Of a DNA stretch of 64,000 nucleotides, positions 13,652 to 25,923 are shown one piece after another. A program made the translations under genes and the position numbers. Origin of the DNA: Octopus vulgaris (lineage: Eukaryota); assembly GCA_951406725.2 (NCBI GenBank), contig OX597827.1:50964001-51028000 (forward strand), given 5' to 3'. The stretch's first letter is position 1. The number at the start of each line of letters is the position of its first letter. Below the pieces are notes generated by a model. That model saw only the letters and a list, made by a program, of their open reading frames with translations, did not search any database and was not told where the DNA came from.

Positions 13652-13992
13652 TGATGGGGGGGGGCAGAAAGAATGATTTTAACTTAAATAAGTGATACAT
13701 AATATATCATACTGAAGCAAGACCCATCAACAACAGCCATTACCTTTGATCTTTTACTTCTGTCAGTCATTAGACTGTGGCCATGCTGGGGTACAGCCTT
13801 GAAGAATTTCAGTCAAATGAATCAACCCCAGGACTTATTATTTTTTTTTAAGCTTAGTACTTATTCTATCAGTCTCTATTTGCCAAACCTTTAAGTTACA
13901 GGGATATAAACACACCAATACCAGTTGCCAAACAGTGATGAAGAATAAATAAATACAGAAAAACACAAGCACAAACACATATATAATATATA

Positions 13993-14140
13993 CAGATGTA
14001 TTAGTATAACGCTCAGGAAGTGATAAAGTCTTTGACATTTCGAGCCTATGCTCTTCCACAGAAAGGAACACAGAAAGAAACAAGGAGAGAAAATAAAGAA
14101 TGTGTAGTGGCTAGCAGTCTGTCATGGTGAAGGCCGGACA
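13993..14140 (-). mobile_element. Penelope-like element terminal fragment, inserted in a SINE
   Basis: Shares CAGATGTATTAGTATAACGCTCAGGAA...TTTCGAGCCTAxGCTCTTC with 46381-46500 and partly with 33657-33700. All copies sit next to (TA)n. The Penelope assignment is inferred from a hammerhead-like motif. Confidence 0.5.
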
Positions 14141-14829
14141 GAAGGGTGAAACAAGAGAGCTAGGAAGAAGGGGAAATAATAAAGTAGCGGTGATCCCAAA
14201 ACGAAGATGCGCATGCACGTGTATAAGAGAGTTTGTATGTGTAGGTGTGAAAATGTGGGTCTGGGAAGTGGTCAGTGCTGGTGTGTGCATGGTGGTGTGT
14301 TGTGATGTGTTGTGTGATATGGTGGTATAAGGTGTAGTGGTGTGTAGTGGTGTGATGGTGTTGGGAGGTGGGGAGGTGAGAGTGGGGAAAGCAAGGGTGA
14401 GGTATGGGTTAGGCTGAGGGTGAGGGTAGAGGTGGGGTATGTGGGTAGGCCAGGCATTTTTCAGTTTCCATCAACCAAATTCACTTACAAGGCTTTGGCC
14501 AGCCCAAGTCTATAGTAGAAGACACTTGCCCAAGGTGCCATGCACTTGGACTGAACCTAAACCAGATGGTTGGGAAGTAAACTTCATACCACACAGCCCA
14601 CGCCTGCACCTATTGTTTATAATATAAGCACAAGGCCTGATATTTTGGAAGGTGTGTGTTGGTCATTTACATCAACCCAGTACCTGACTGGTACCTTATT
14701 TTATCAACACTGAAAAGACGAAGTAGACCTACGTGGAACTGGAACTCAGATTGTAGAGATAGAGCCAAATACTTGAATGTATTTTATCTAGCCTCAAATA
14801 ATTCTGCTAATCCATCATCTTAATAATAA

Positions 14830-14963
14830 TGGTGTTGCTGGTGTTGTTGGTGGTGTTGGTGGTGGTGGTGGTGGTGGTGGTGGTGGTGGTGGTGGTGGTG
14901 GTGGTGGTGGTGGTGGTGGTGGTGGTGGTGGTGGTGGTGGTAGTTGTTGTAGTAGTAGTGGTG

Positions 14964-15007
<44 letters not shown>

Positions 15008-15011
15008 GGTG

Positions 15012-15064
<53 letters not shown>

Positions 15065-15120
15065 GGTGGTGGTGGTGGTGGTGGTGTTGGTGGTGGTGGT
15101 GGTGGTGGTGGTGGTGGTGG
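14830..15120. repeat. (GGT)n/(AGT)n compound trinucleotide microsatellite
   Basis: Directly visible. Similar mosaics occur at 25614-25923 and 47041-47410. Confidence 0.95.
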
Positions 15121-16030
15121 AGGGTTCAAATTTTGGCACAAGGCCAGCAGTTTGGGGGGGGAGGGGTAAGTCAATTACATTGAACCCAGTAATCAACTGG
15201 TACTTATATCACTGACCCAGAAAGGAAGAAAGGCAAAGTCAACCTTGGCAAAATTTGAACTCAGAATGTAAAGACAGACAAAACGCTGCAAAGCATTTTG
15301 CCCAGCATGCAAACGATTCTGCCAGCTCACTGCCTTAAATAATAATAATAATGGTTTCAAATTTTGGCACAAGGGTTGCAATAATGGAAAAGGGATTAAG
15401 TCGATTACATGACCCCAGTACTCAGTTGGTACTTATTTTGCAATCTCTTCTCAGTTCTTATCCACTTGGATGTTTGCTAACACCTGGATGTTTCTGAGAA
15501 GCCAGAGGTTTATTCTTACCAACATGTTAGCAGCAACAATGGCGAATTTTTTATGTAGCTTGTTATTCTCTATAGCTATTTCTATACTTAATCAAACTGA
15601 TGCTAACCAAATTTTTTTCTTTGGTATGACAATCTACTTGATGTTGATGATGGCCCCTGTTAATTACAACTTAATTAGTCTGTCAATCAAACCTCTGGAA
15701 TCTTTTTGTGTCAGAAAGGATGCATTCGGCTTTCAGTAATTGGCTCTCCTCTCTTGGTTTTTTCCAAGTTGAACATATAGATCACAAGTTGCTGGTTCAT
15801 GCCGTCAACTATCAAAAGAACTCTGGACAACTATCTGCTAACATTACAAAAATTCTATATAAAGACCTGGACTACCTTGTAATTAGACCAAGTCCATATT
15901 CACTCCTTTGAAGAAATCATCATAAAACCTGTCAGAAAAGTCGAAGAATCTGAGAAGTTTTGTAAGGATTTTGCATGCCCAATCAGCTACACCCACACGA
16001 TTGCTGGGTGTACTAAAAGTGTACCATTCT

Positions 16031-16260
16031 TATTTCTTTATTGCCCACAATGGGCTAAACATAGAGGGGACAAACAAGGACAGACAAAGGGATTACATCG
16101 ATTACATCGACCCCAGTGCGTAACTGGTACTTAATTTATCGACCCCGAAAGGATGGAAGGCAACAAAGTCGACCTCGGCTGAATTTGAACTCAAAACGTA
16201 ACAGCAGACGAAATACTGCTAAGCATTTCGCCTGGCGTGCTAACGATTCTACCAGCTCAC
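16031..16260 (-). mobile_element. SINE family A
   Basis: Family consensus on the minus strand. 13-bp TSD agtgtaccattct at 16018-16030 and 16261-16273. Confidence 0.88.
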
Positions 16261-16266
16261 AGTGTA

Positions 16267-16440
16267 CCATTCTAATCACCTACAACCGCTAACCCTAAGT
16301 GAAATTTCCTTAGGAATGTCTCTAAACAGGCACAGAAATCCAGTCCTGCCCATTCTAATCACCTACAACCGCTAACCCTAGTAAGTGAAATTTCCCTAGG
16401 AATGTCTCTAAACAGGCACAGAAATCCAGTCCTGCCATTC
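16267..16440. repeat. About 85-bp tandem duplication
   Basis: CCATTCTAATCACCTACAACCGCTAACCCTA...CAGTCCTGCC occurs twice, with a small indel. Confidence 0.9.
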
Positions 16441-16992
16441 CAGTTGGGGCATACACATCTACAAATGGCATCAGCCATTCACTTCACATTTAGGACTACT
16501 GGTTTACATTTTCGATATAAGAAAATCATACTTACTTCCTTTCGCTTATACTAAACTAGACTGGAATACAGTAGATCATTTTTGTCCTTTCTGCTCGTAC
16601 ATGTATAAACAAGGTTTTCTCTTTTTTTTTTTTTTTTTCTTTTTGAGTAGTATGTACTATGATTGGAAGTTTCATCAATCCCAGGTGCATAGTATCGTAT
16701 TTATATTTTTTTTTTACCTGTTTTCCTTGTGGCAGAGTAGCTGTGTAATCCACTCACTGCTGATTATAGAAGTAAACAAAGTTTTCTTTCTGTTGTTGTT
16801 CTCGTTGTTGTTGTTGTTGGAGGTAGTGGTGGTGGTGGTGGTGATGGTGGTGGTGGCGGTGATGGTATCGTCGTCGTCGTCGTCGTCATCGTCTTCATAG
16901 TTCTTGTAGTTGATTTTTTTTTCTTCAGAATCAGTGAGTTGATTCGAAGCAGACGACACACCAAGTTTTTCCCCTCTCTGACGTAGTTTCTT

Positions 16993-17006
16993 GTTGTCAT
17001 GGCTAC
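16993..17006. promoter_or_regulatory. Candidate RFX X-box in a CpG-retaining patch
   Basis: The minus strand reads GTAGCCATGACAAC, an exact fit to the X-box consensus GTHNYYATRRNAAC. A CRE-like TGACGT lies at 16979-16984. Confidence 0.45.
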
Positions 17007-17185
17007 GAAAGTAGTGTTGTTACTAAAGCAGATGCTTGGCAAACTCATTTCACACACACACGCACACACAGATAAATAGAAAGATAGACAGACAGACAGA
17101 CAAATGACATATATATATATTCATATTATTATATATGTTATGTAAATCATATATAGATATTATGTATGTATATACATGTATTACG

Positions 17186-17189
<4 letters not shown>

Positions 17190-17231
<42 letters not shown>

Positions 17232-17550
17232 TGTATGTGTGTATGTATGTATACATACATACCTATATACATGCACATGCACACACACATACATATACAC
17301 ATACATATACATACATACATACATACATACATACGTACGTATGTACATACATACATACATACATGCATGCATGCATGCATGCATGCATACATACATACAT
17401 ACATACATACATACATACATGCATGCATGCATGCATACATACATACATACATACATACATACATACATACATACATACATACATACATACATACATACAT
17501 ACATACATACATACATACATACATACATACATAAATACATACATGCACAC
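17190..17550. repeat. (TA)n/(CATA)n/(CATG)n microsatellite
   Basis: Directly visible in the sequence. Confidence 0.95.
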
Positions 17551-17551
17551 A

Positions 17552-19200
17552 CGGAGCCAGAGTCTGTAAAGTCTTGTTTTGGTCTTGATGGGGTTGCCCC
17601 TGTGTTCTCTTGCCAGTTCACCATACTGTAAGTCCTTTGAACTTGTAATCTGGATAGAGTAACTGCAGATTTCTCAATAGTTCAGCATAGATTTTCTCTT
17701 TTTCACTGATCTTCAGCTTTATGTTAACATCTGCTGGGCAGCTAATTTCCACAACTGTGCACAGTTTCTCTTCTCTATCTCAAATCATTATATCAGGTCT
17801 GTTGGGCTTACATTTTATTGAGGTCTTCACTGAAACATTCCACCAGTACTCCTTTTTATTATGAGTGGCTATGTCTTCTACCATACAGTGGGTTTTATTT
17901 TCTTTGTCCTCAGGGTTATCCTTCCAATGGATTTCATTATAGAGTGTCCTAGCTACAACATCATGTCTCATTGGTAGATAATACTGTGATGACATTTCAG
18001 ACAACCACTTATGATGTGGGTGATATCTTTGGTGTGAACTCAACAAAGTCTGCATTGGTTGTCACATTTTACTGCTTTTCCTGCATCTCTATCTCTTTTG
18101 TGCATCAGATGTTTAGCTGATATTTCCTGTTCCTGGATTGCAAACACATACTCTTCAAAGTGGGCGGTAGTAATCCGCCCACTTGGTCCATGATAAACTG
18201 CTTTGATGATCGATGTTACTATCATCTCAGAGCTTTCTACTAACATATCTATGCATAGTCTTCTGCTCATATAGGCTCACCCTTTCATCTGATAATACGG
18301 TGTGGTAGAGTCATGGAACTCCTTTGGGAATGTATTCTAGGTTTTCAGACAAAGAGTGTTGCTCAAGGAGCTGCCTTCCAAGTGTTATGATGTTATCAGC
18401 CTCATGTATGCAAACTTGATCAAGGGATGCACTTTGACACAGTTAAAAGATGTTGCTGAAGGGGAATGATACGACATCCAAAGGCATTTTGGATCGAGGT
18501 TAAGACTCTGCCACCTTGTTTTCATTTTATGTAGAGGTGGTCTACGTCACTGTTTATGTGGAAATTATATGTGCTTGTAAGTATTTCTCAGGGTTTCACA
18601 TAAATGTCTTGGATCTCATCATGCGTCCAATCCAGCAGCCTAAATGTTGGTATGAGTACTGGCACTGCAAACACATTGTGGGTCACTGTTTTATTGAATG
18701 CAGAGAGTTCTGAAGTCCAAATTTTCTTTACTCAACTTTAGTGACACGTGTTTTGTTACAGATGCCATTGTAAGATACGTTTTCGTCTACCCCTAGCTAC
18801 CTGTAACATTCCTCATCAGATATAGGAGAAACAGTCAAATCATTGACAGAGATGTTAATAGTCTGGTTTATAGTCTTCCTCCTTTTCACTGCCATATAAC
18901 AACATTTATTCTGACCGAATTCCAATCCTACATCCATTGAGAATGTTGTATGTAGGTCAAGGCTCTTTTTCATCTCATACATATTCTTTGAATAAAGTTT
19001 TAAGTCATCCACAAAGAAACGGTGTGTAATTTTGGTATTTCTGTTTCTTTGTTAACCAGTGAGAAATCATTCAGACTTCCTAAACATGAATGAAAAAGGG
19101 GTTTACAGAAAGTATAAACAACATCACAGAGAGGTTGCCCCTTAGAATAAGCCTTTGCGATGCTGTATTCTATCAGTGATAATACAATTACTCTGTTTTT
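17552..19200 (-). mobile_element. Decayed non-LTR retrotransposon with restriction-like endonuclease (R4/Dong-like), 5' truncated
   Basis: Minus-strand fragments in the expected order: RT HRFFVDDLKLYSKN and GLEFGQNKC, then FAIQEQEI...CRLC (Zn knuckle), RHDVVAR and KPNRPDIMI (PD-D/ExK endonuclease). Many frameshifts and stops. Confidence 0.85.
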
Positions 19201-19509
19201 GTTTTAATTTGAAATGTATTGTAAGGAATACTTTTTTATATATAAACATACAAACTGTGAAAAGAGTTATAACCCCAGGTGTTTTACTTTTTCCTTGGCA
19301 GACATGGTGACATGATGTGGTTTGCTTTTAGTTTCATTTGACATTCACTTGTGAAAGTGTGAAAGTATACTCTCCTTCTAACTACAATGAGGCTAACAGT
19401 TGAAGGTTATTTATTGTATATACAAATATAGACTCAGCTAAAGTGAAAGAAGATGGCTATTGTTTTCTGATAATGGTTTATGAAGACTAGAAACTAGCCA
19501 AATTCACTC

Positions 19510-20125
19510 CTCATCATCATCCTCATCCTCATCATCAACATGAGCAGCAGCAGCATGTAATGTCTGCTTTCCGTGCTGGCATGCATTGGACAGTTTGACA
19601 GGAGCTGCCCAACCAAAGAGCTGCCAGTCTGAGACCTGGTCAGCTGGAGAGCTGCCCAGCTGGAGAGCTGCCCAGCTGGAGTGCTGGCCAGCTGGAGATC
19701 TGCCCAGCTGGAGAGCTGTCCAGCTGGAGTGCTGGCCAGCTGGAGAGCTGCCCAACTGGAGTGCTGGCCAGCTGGAGAGCTGCCCAGCTGGAGTGCTGCC
19801 CTGCTGGAGAGCTGCCCAGCTGGAGAGCTACCCAGCTGGAAAGCTGCCCAGCTGGAGTGCTGGCCAGCTGGAGAGCTGCCCAGCTGGAGAGCTGCCCAGC
19901 TGGAGAGCTGCCCAGCTGGAGAGCTGCCCAGCTGGAGAGCTGCCCAGCTGGAGAGCTGCCCAGCTGGAGAGCTGCCCAGCTGGAGAGCTGCCCAGCTGGA
20001 GAGCTGCCCAGCTGGAGAGCTGCCCAGGCTCCTTCTGTCTGTTTGGCATGACTTCCATGGCCCAATGCCCTTCCTAATGCCAACCACTTTACAGATTGTA
20101 CTGGATGCTTTTTCCGTGGCCCCAG
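19510..20125 (-). mobile_element. RTE-type short repeat with (GAT)n tail, expanded internally by a minisatellite
   Basis: The flanks match the family at 23030, 35868 and 38170 (GTGGTTGGCATTAGGAAGGGCAT...CCAAxxCATGCCAGCA...(GAT)n). Confidence 0.7.
19641..20025. repeat. GC-rich 16-bp minisatellite (CAGCTGGAGAGCTGCC), about 24 units
   Basis: Head-to-tail units with no spacers. Variant units CAGCTGGAGTGCTGGC occur on the left; the right-hand units are homogeneous. Confidence 0.95.
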
Positions 20126-23029
20126 CTGCTTATTTTACCTTGCAGAAAAACATCAAAATTGCATGTTCATTAAAAGAAGATATACTTTACAGAGAATTTC
20201 AAATTATCCAAAAATACTGTATAGCTCATTATGAATTAATTAACCGTGTTTTCAGGGAATGCACTGTTATTCAGATTAGATGAACCAATTAAGTTGTGTC
20301 TGAGTTTTACACACTATAAATAGCTATAAACTACCAAAATGAAATGCTGAAATGTGGCTGTCTATCTCACTGTTTTATTCATATTATGTATGCGCATATG
20401 TTATATATATAGGTGTGTGTATGCATTATTTATTAAACGATTCATACATGTGCTTATGTTTGTTTTATTATATATATATATATATATATTTATATATTGT
20501 ATTGCTATGTAAAAGCAGTAAGAGTGGATAATTATCTTGTTCTCTCTAGATATACCATCCTACTATTACAACCAGAAATGGATAAATAAACAGATAGATA
20601 TTTTTAATATCATTAGAAATTGATGTGAGGGAAAAAAAATCTCATTAATTTTAACATGAATGATATTTCAGGCATAAAGTTGCTTTTTATAACATACCAT
20701 TGACATCACTCACTCCATCCAATCACACACTTGTATTCATAGTGTCACAGCACAACCTGTAGTCATTGCTTGTTTACCATTTTATTTATCAAATATGTTT
20801 TTATTGACTCATTTCACAAGTATTTGTGGGTTTGTTTGTTTTTTCGTGCGGAAATGTCTCAATTTAATTTATAATAGAGAGTTCTATTCAGCTTAAATAA
20901 GTATGCATGTATTAAAATTTTACATCTGCATTCTGAATAGACTGGCTCATATGAAACATTCCTATAAGGATACACAATGCCATAAACCTCGCTATGGTTC
21001 TTTATTACATTCATTATGTCCATGTAACCAGAAATGAAATCAAATAGGGAATTTTCTGTGGGGAGAGTTCCAAGTTGATTGAAGTGATATAAGGGAAGAT
21101 AAAATACTGTAAAAAGCCTGCAAAAGTAATTTGAGCTCAGAGAAATTGTTTTGAGAGAACATATTACAGAAAAAATTTCTTGGTAGAAAAGGACCAAGAA
21201 AAGATGGTTATAGGTTATATGGGATAAAAATTACCAATATGAAGACAGCCCAGGAAAGCAGAGAAAATCTATAACATTTGTATATTATGTTGTTGTATTT
21301 AGGGATGGTCATGTTGCCAGTTTAGCCAATAAAAACACATGCACTGTATATTTGGTGTTAATTTGCTTCAGCTTTATTTATTTTTTACATTAATCTTAAT
21401 CTTATTTCGGCCAGAGTTTTATTGGCTAAACTGGCAACATGACTGTTCCTAAATACAACAACATCTGTTTCAACACACGATTTCACATCAAGAATCTTGC
21501 AAAATAAATATATAAACGTAATTTGTATATTTGTTTTGAAACAGTGTCACCATTTATCAAAATGAAACTCACCAAATTTCACTGGGAGACCCTTTTGCAA
21601 CCCAGAATAATGTATGGACACAAGTCTTGGATCTGAGAACCTCTGCAAGTAAAACAAGGATGGTTCAAGAAACGATTTGTAAAAAGATTGAAATCTGTAA
21701 CAGAACAGTAGATATGGAGGAGTGTTAAGTTGAGGTACAGAAACTTTATCAGTTTGTCATGTCAAACTGGTTTCTTTTCTCCATCAATCCTTAACTTCTC
21801 TCTCTTTCGCCCTTCCTCTCACAAACTTTCTCAATCAGCTCTTATAATGTGTGTGTATGAGTGGTTTCTTCAAGAGATGGCTGCTAATACAAGGGACGTA
21901 ACCATCCTCTCACAACAAGGTAGGATTAGAAATTTAAATTTGGAATTTAGGAACTGCAAGGTAAAAGATGCATAGAATTGAAATATATATATATATTTTT
22001 TGCTTATCTATTACAAAGTTCTTGCAATTTCTAGCTGAGTTGGGGGGGGGGGGCATCATTTATAGCACTATTTCATTCTTTTTTGAATTTGTCAATATGA
22101 TATAACCAATGGTTTATTAATTAGACATTTTAAGAGATGAGACATTTCATTAAAATTAAAGATGAAATTAATCACATAACAATTTTTAGAAAATTCATGG
22201 ACAGAGTAATAACTCTTTCCAGGCTATATATATATATATATATAAGCACTCAGTTGATTGATTATTTATAGTAAAGGAGACAATCATCTTGTTAGTAATC
22301 TATAATTATTTGTTTTTTTGGTAATGAAATGAAAATAAGCAAGGTACATTATTCATTTATTTAATGGAATTTCTATCTTTTAAATTTTCCCTTAATCATA
22401 GAGTTCTGAACGATCGTGTGAGGTTGCTATTTTGATTTAGTTGGATCTCATCAGTACAAAATGGTCAAGAATTTAGAGTCTATAAAACTTGGCATTCCAT
22501 TAAATTAAATCGTTAATACTACAGGAGAAGAAAAGCTACAGAAGGTATATAATGGAGTCCTTATTGTTTACACTTCATTAATAGTGTACACATGAGGGAG
22601 AGAAGAAAGTAAGAAAGGGAGAAGGAGATATAACAGCAAACTGCATTGAAATGTTACTCAGAATAATCCAAATCATGTCTTTCCTGCAAATATAAGTAAT
22701 GCAGTTTTTTCTCTCTTTGCAATTAGATTGCAGTTATATTCTAAGCATTTCTCAGTTCTTCGAAGATATTTAATTCTAGCCATGTACTGAAACTGCCAGT
22801 TCCAGTACAAACTGCAGTTTCAAATCTCAATTAAGAGATTCTTTAGACAACCAGTTATGACATTCAAAAACTGGAACAATACGTCCACCAAAATGTATTA
22901 TCTTTACTTTCAGATAAAAAAAAATTAAGCTAATAGAAAGATAAAACAACTAGTGACATCTGACTCAGTAGGAATAGTTTTCCTTGATGCTTCTAGTGGA
23001 AGAGTTAAAACATTTCAATCAACCTACTG

Positions 23030-23315
23030 GCAATGACCTCTTTTTACATGTGCCGGTGACACATGTAAAAAGATTCAAGCAAGGTCATTGCCAGTACCGC
23101 CTGACTGGCCCCACTGCCGGTGGCACGTAAAAAGCACCCACTACACTCTCGGAGTGGTTGGTGTTAGGAAGGGCATCCAGCTGTAGAAACTCTACCAAAT
23201 CAAGATTGGAGCCTGGTGCAGCCATCTGGTTCGCCAGCCCTCAGTCAAAATCGTCCAACCCATGCTGGCATGGAAAGCAGACGTTAAACAATGATGATGA
23301 TGATGATGATGATGA
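23030..23315 (+). mobile_element. RTE-type short repeat with (GAT)n tail
   Basis: GGTGGCACGTAAAAAGCACC...AGGAAGGGCATCCAGC...ACGTTAAAC(GAT)n. Further copies at 33780-34050, 35868-36303 and 38170-38427. Confidence 0.75.
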
Positions 23316-24777
23316 TATATGTGTGTGCATGTATTTATGCATCTGTGGTTGGTTTGTTTACATCCCCATAATTCCACGGTTCAGTAAAAGTGACTGATAG
23401 ACTAAGTTACTGAAGTTGATTAAACTGTTCAAGGTGGTGCTCTAGCATGGCCAAAGTCCAATGAGTGAAACAAGTCAAAGAATAAAAGAACGAAAGAAGC
23501 ATTCTTCCCCACTTCTCTTACTTTTTCTCTTTCTTACTTAACCCTTATATACTCATTTGATTGTCTCCATCTCTTGTGCCCTCTTACCTCTACTCTTTCA
23601 CTTCTTTTATCTTTTCTCTCTCTCTTACCTTACTGTCTCTCTTCTTCCTCTCTCATTATCACAAACTCTACCTTACAGTCTCTCCTCTTGTTTTCTCACC
23701 ATTATATTCTTTATCTCTCTATTTCACCCTATTTTCTTCTAACAAACCATGATATCTTTTTCTTTCCATCTGTCTGCCTGACTCATTCCTTCTCTCTTCT
23801 CTTGCCTTCCTGTCCTTCTTCACTCCCTCAATTTATTCCTGACTCTCCATGCATACCAGCATGAAAACCTTCAACAGATTCAAATCTGTCTTTAAAATTT
23901 TTAAATCAATGAGAAACCTCACACAGCTGTTGACCTTCACCATTTCTTCAGTTCATGTCTTTGAAAATTTTTAGTCTTCTTTCCTTTTTTAACTCGTTTC
24001 ATTCATTTCTTTTCTCCTCTGCTTAATCTGTGAGCTGTGCAGAGGAAACTTCTTCAAATATAATTACACATCTCAAATATTTAACTAGCTTATGCTATTT
24101 CTTATACACACTTATATTTCTTATTTTTGCTCCTTTTGATGTTGTTGCTTATTATTATTGATAATAGTAAAAGTAGTGATAGTATCAATGATGAAGGGGA
24201 TATCTTCTTTTTTAAAAGACTGCTGCTCTTTAATTTAAAGGATGCAACATCATCATCATCATCATCATTTAGCATCCGCTTTCCATGCTAGCATGGGTTG
24301 GATGGTTCAACTGGGGTCTGGGAAGCCAGAAGGCTGCACCAAGCCACTAAAAACATGAGTGGAGGCACGTGGCTTAATGGTTAGGGTGTTGGACCCATGG
24401 TTGTAAAATGGTGGTTTCAATTCCTGGACTAGATGACACACTGTGTTATTGAGCAAAACACTTCATTTCACATTTCTCCAAAAAGGAGTAAGCCTACGAT
24501 GGACTGGTATCCTGTTCAGGTGAGGAATAAATGTACCATGGAAACCAGGAACCTGGCTCTTATGAATTGGTATGACTAGAGAAAGAAGAAAATCTCACTG
24601 AAAACATGAAGGACATTTGGCCATAGAAAACCTGCCTTCACAAATTCCATACAACCTATACAAGCATGAAAAAAGTGGATGTTAAACAATGATGAATACC
24701 TTCTAAATCTAGATTGTCAACTACACCTTTCTCTTTGATATTCTCATTTTATATATTAATATATATTTATAATATTA

Positions 24778-25157
24778 GGCACAGGAGTGACTGTGTGGTA
24801 AGTAGCTTGTTTACCAACCACATGGTTCCGGATTCAGTCCCACTGCATGGCACCTTGGGCAAGTGTCTTCTACTATAGCCTCGGACCGACCAAAGCCTTG
24901 TGAGTGGATTTGGTAGACGGAAACTGAAAGAAGCCCGTCGTATATATGTATATATATATGTGTGTGTGTGTTTGTGTGTCTGTGTTTGTCCCCCTAGCAT
25001 TGCTTGACAACCGATGCTGGTGTGTTTATGTCCCCGTTACTTAGCGGTTCGGCAAAAGAGACTGATAGAATAAGTACAAAAGAATAAGTCGATTAAAGGC
25101 AGTGCTCCAGCATGGCCGCAGTCAAATGACTGAAACAAGTAAAAGAGTAAAAGAGAG
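24778..25157 (+). mobile_element. tRNA-derived CORE-like SINE family B
   Basis: Near-identical to 27887-28290. It has CACCTTGGGCAAGTGTCTT, an internal TA/GT microsatellite and an (AAAAGAGT)n tail. Confidence 0.85.
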
Positions 25158-25612
25158 TAATACACTACTACAGATGAAGGCAGTGAACTGGCAGAATCAT
25201 CAACATGCTGGGTGGCAGACTCAGTGGCATTTCATTCAGCTTTATATTCTGAGTTCAAATTCAGCCAAGGTTGACTTTAGCTTTCATCCTTCCAAGGTCA
25301 ATAAAATAACTACCTGTTGACCACTGGGGGATGGGGGGTTAATGTAATCAGCTAATTCCCCACCCCCAAAATTGCTGACCCTGTGCCAAAATTTGAAACC
25401 AATATACTGTTACAGATGAAAAACAAAATTCTCAGGCAGTAATAGATTAAGATTATATTTTCAAATGTGTGCTAGAGGCCAGGTGTGCAGTTGATAAAAC
25501 AGTGAAGAAAGTCAAGGGGTGTGAGTGTGGATAATGTGTGTTGCAAGACTGGAGTACAAAATAAGCTTCCAAGTATATATATCAGTGCAGGATTAAAGAA
25601 CAAGGATGTAAC

Positions 25613-25613
<1 letters not shown>

Positions 25614-25694
<81 letters not shown>

Positions 25695-25885
25695 GGTGGT
25701 GGTGGTCGTGGTGGTGGTAGTAATAATAGTAGTAGTAGTAGTAGAGGTGGTGATGGTGGTGGTGATGGTGTTAGTAGTAGTAGTAGAGATGGTGGTGGTG
25801 GTGGTGATAGTAGTAGTAGTGGTGGTGGTGGTGGTTGTGGTAGTGGTAGAGGTGGTGGTGTTGATGGTGGTGGTGGTGGTGATAA

Positions 25886-25923
<38 letters not shown>
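25614..25923. repeat. (AGT)n/(GGT)n microsatellite mosaic
   Basis: Directly visible in the sequence. Confidence 0.95.

Noticed and set aside
14807-15215. Poly-Thr/Val/Pro, Gly/Ser, His/Thr and YIHT ORFs (also 5558-5864, 13057-13695, 17135-17631, 25521-25977, 44831-45310, 46986-47610)
   Set aside because: These are translations of microsatellites, with no splice or homology support. They are not mucins, suckerins or cuticle proteins.
19641-20025. 16-bp palindromic repeat array as a CRISPR, or as repeat-protein ORFs (19494-20283)
   Set aside because: There are no unique spacers and no cas genes, and the context is eukaryotic. The ORFs are open in most frames only because the unit lacks stops.
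20859-21197. 112-aa minus-strand ORF as the next exon of the antisense candidate
   Set aside because: The phase at the cag acceptor does not match. The + strand reads like a decayed LINE RT (IK*GIFCGES, resembling IKRGIFQGDS).
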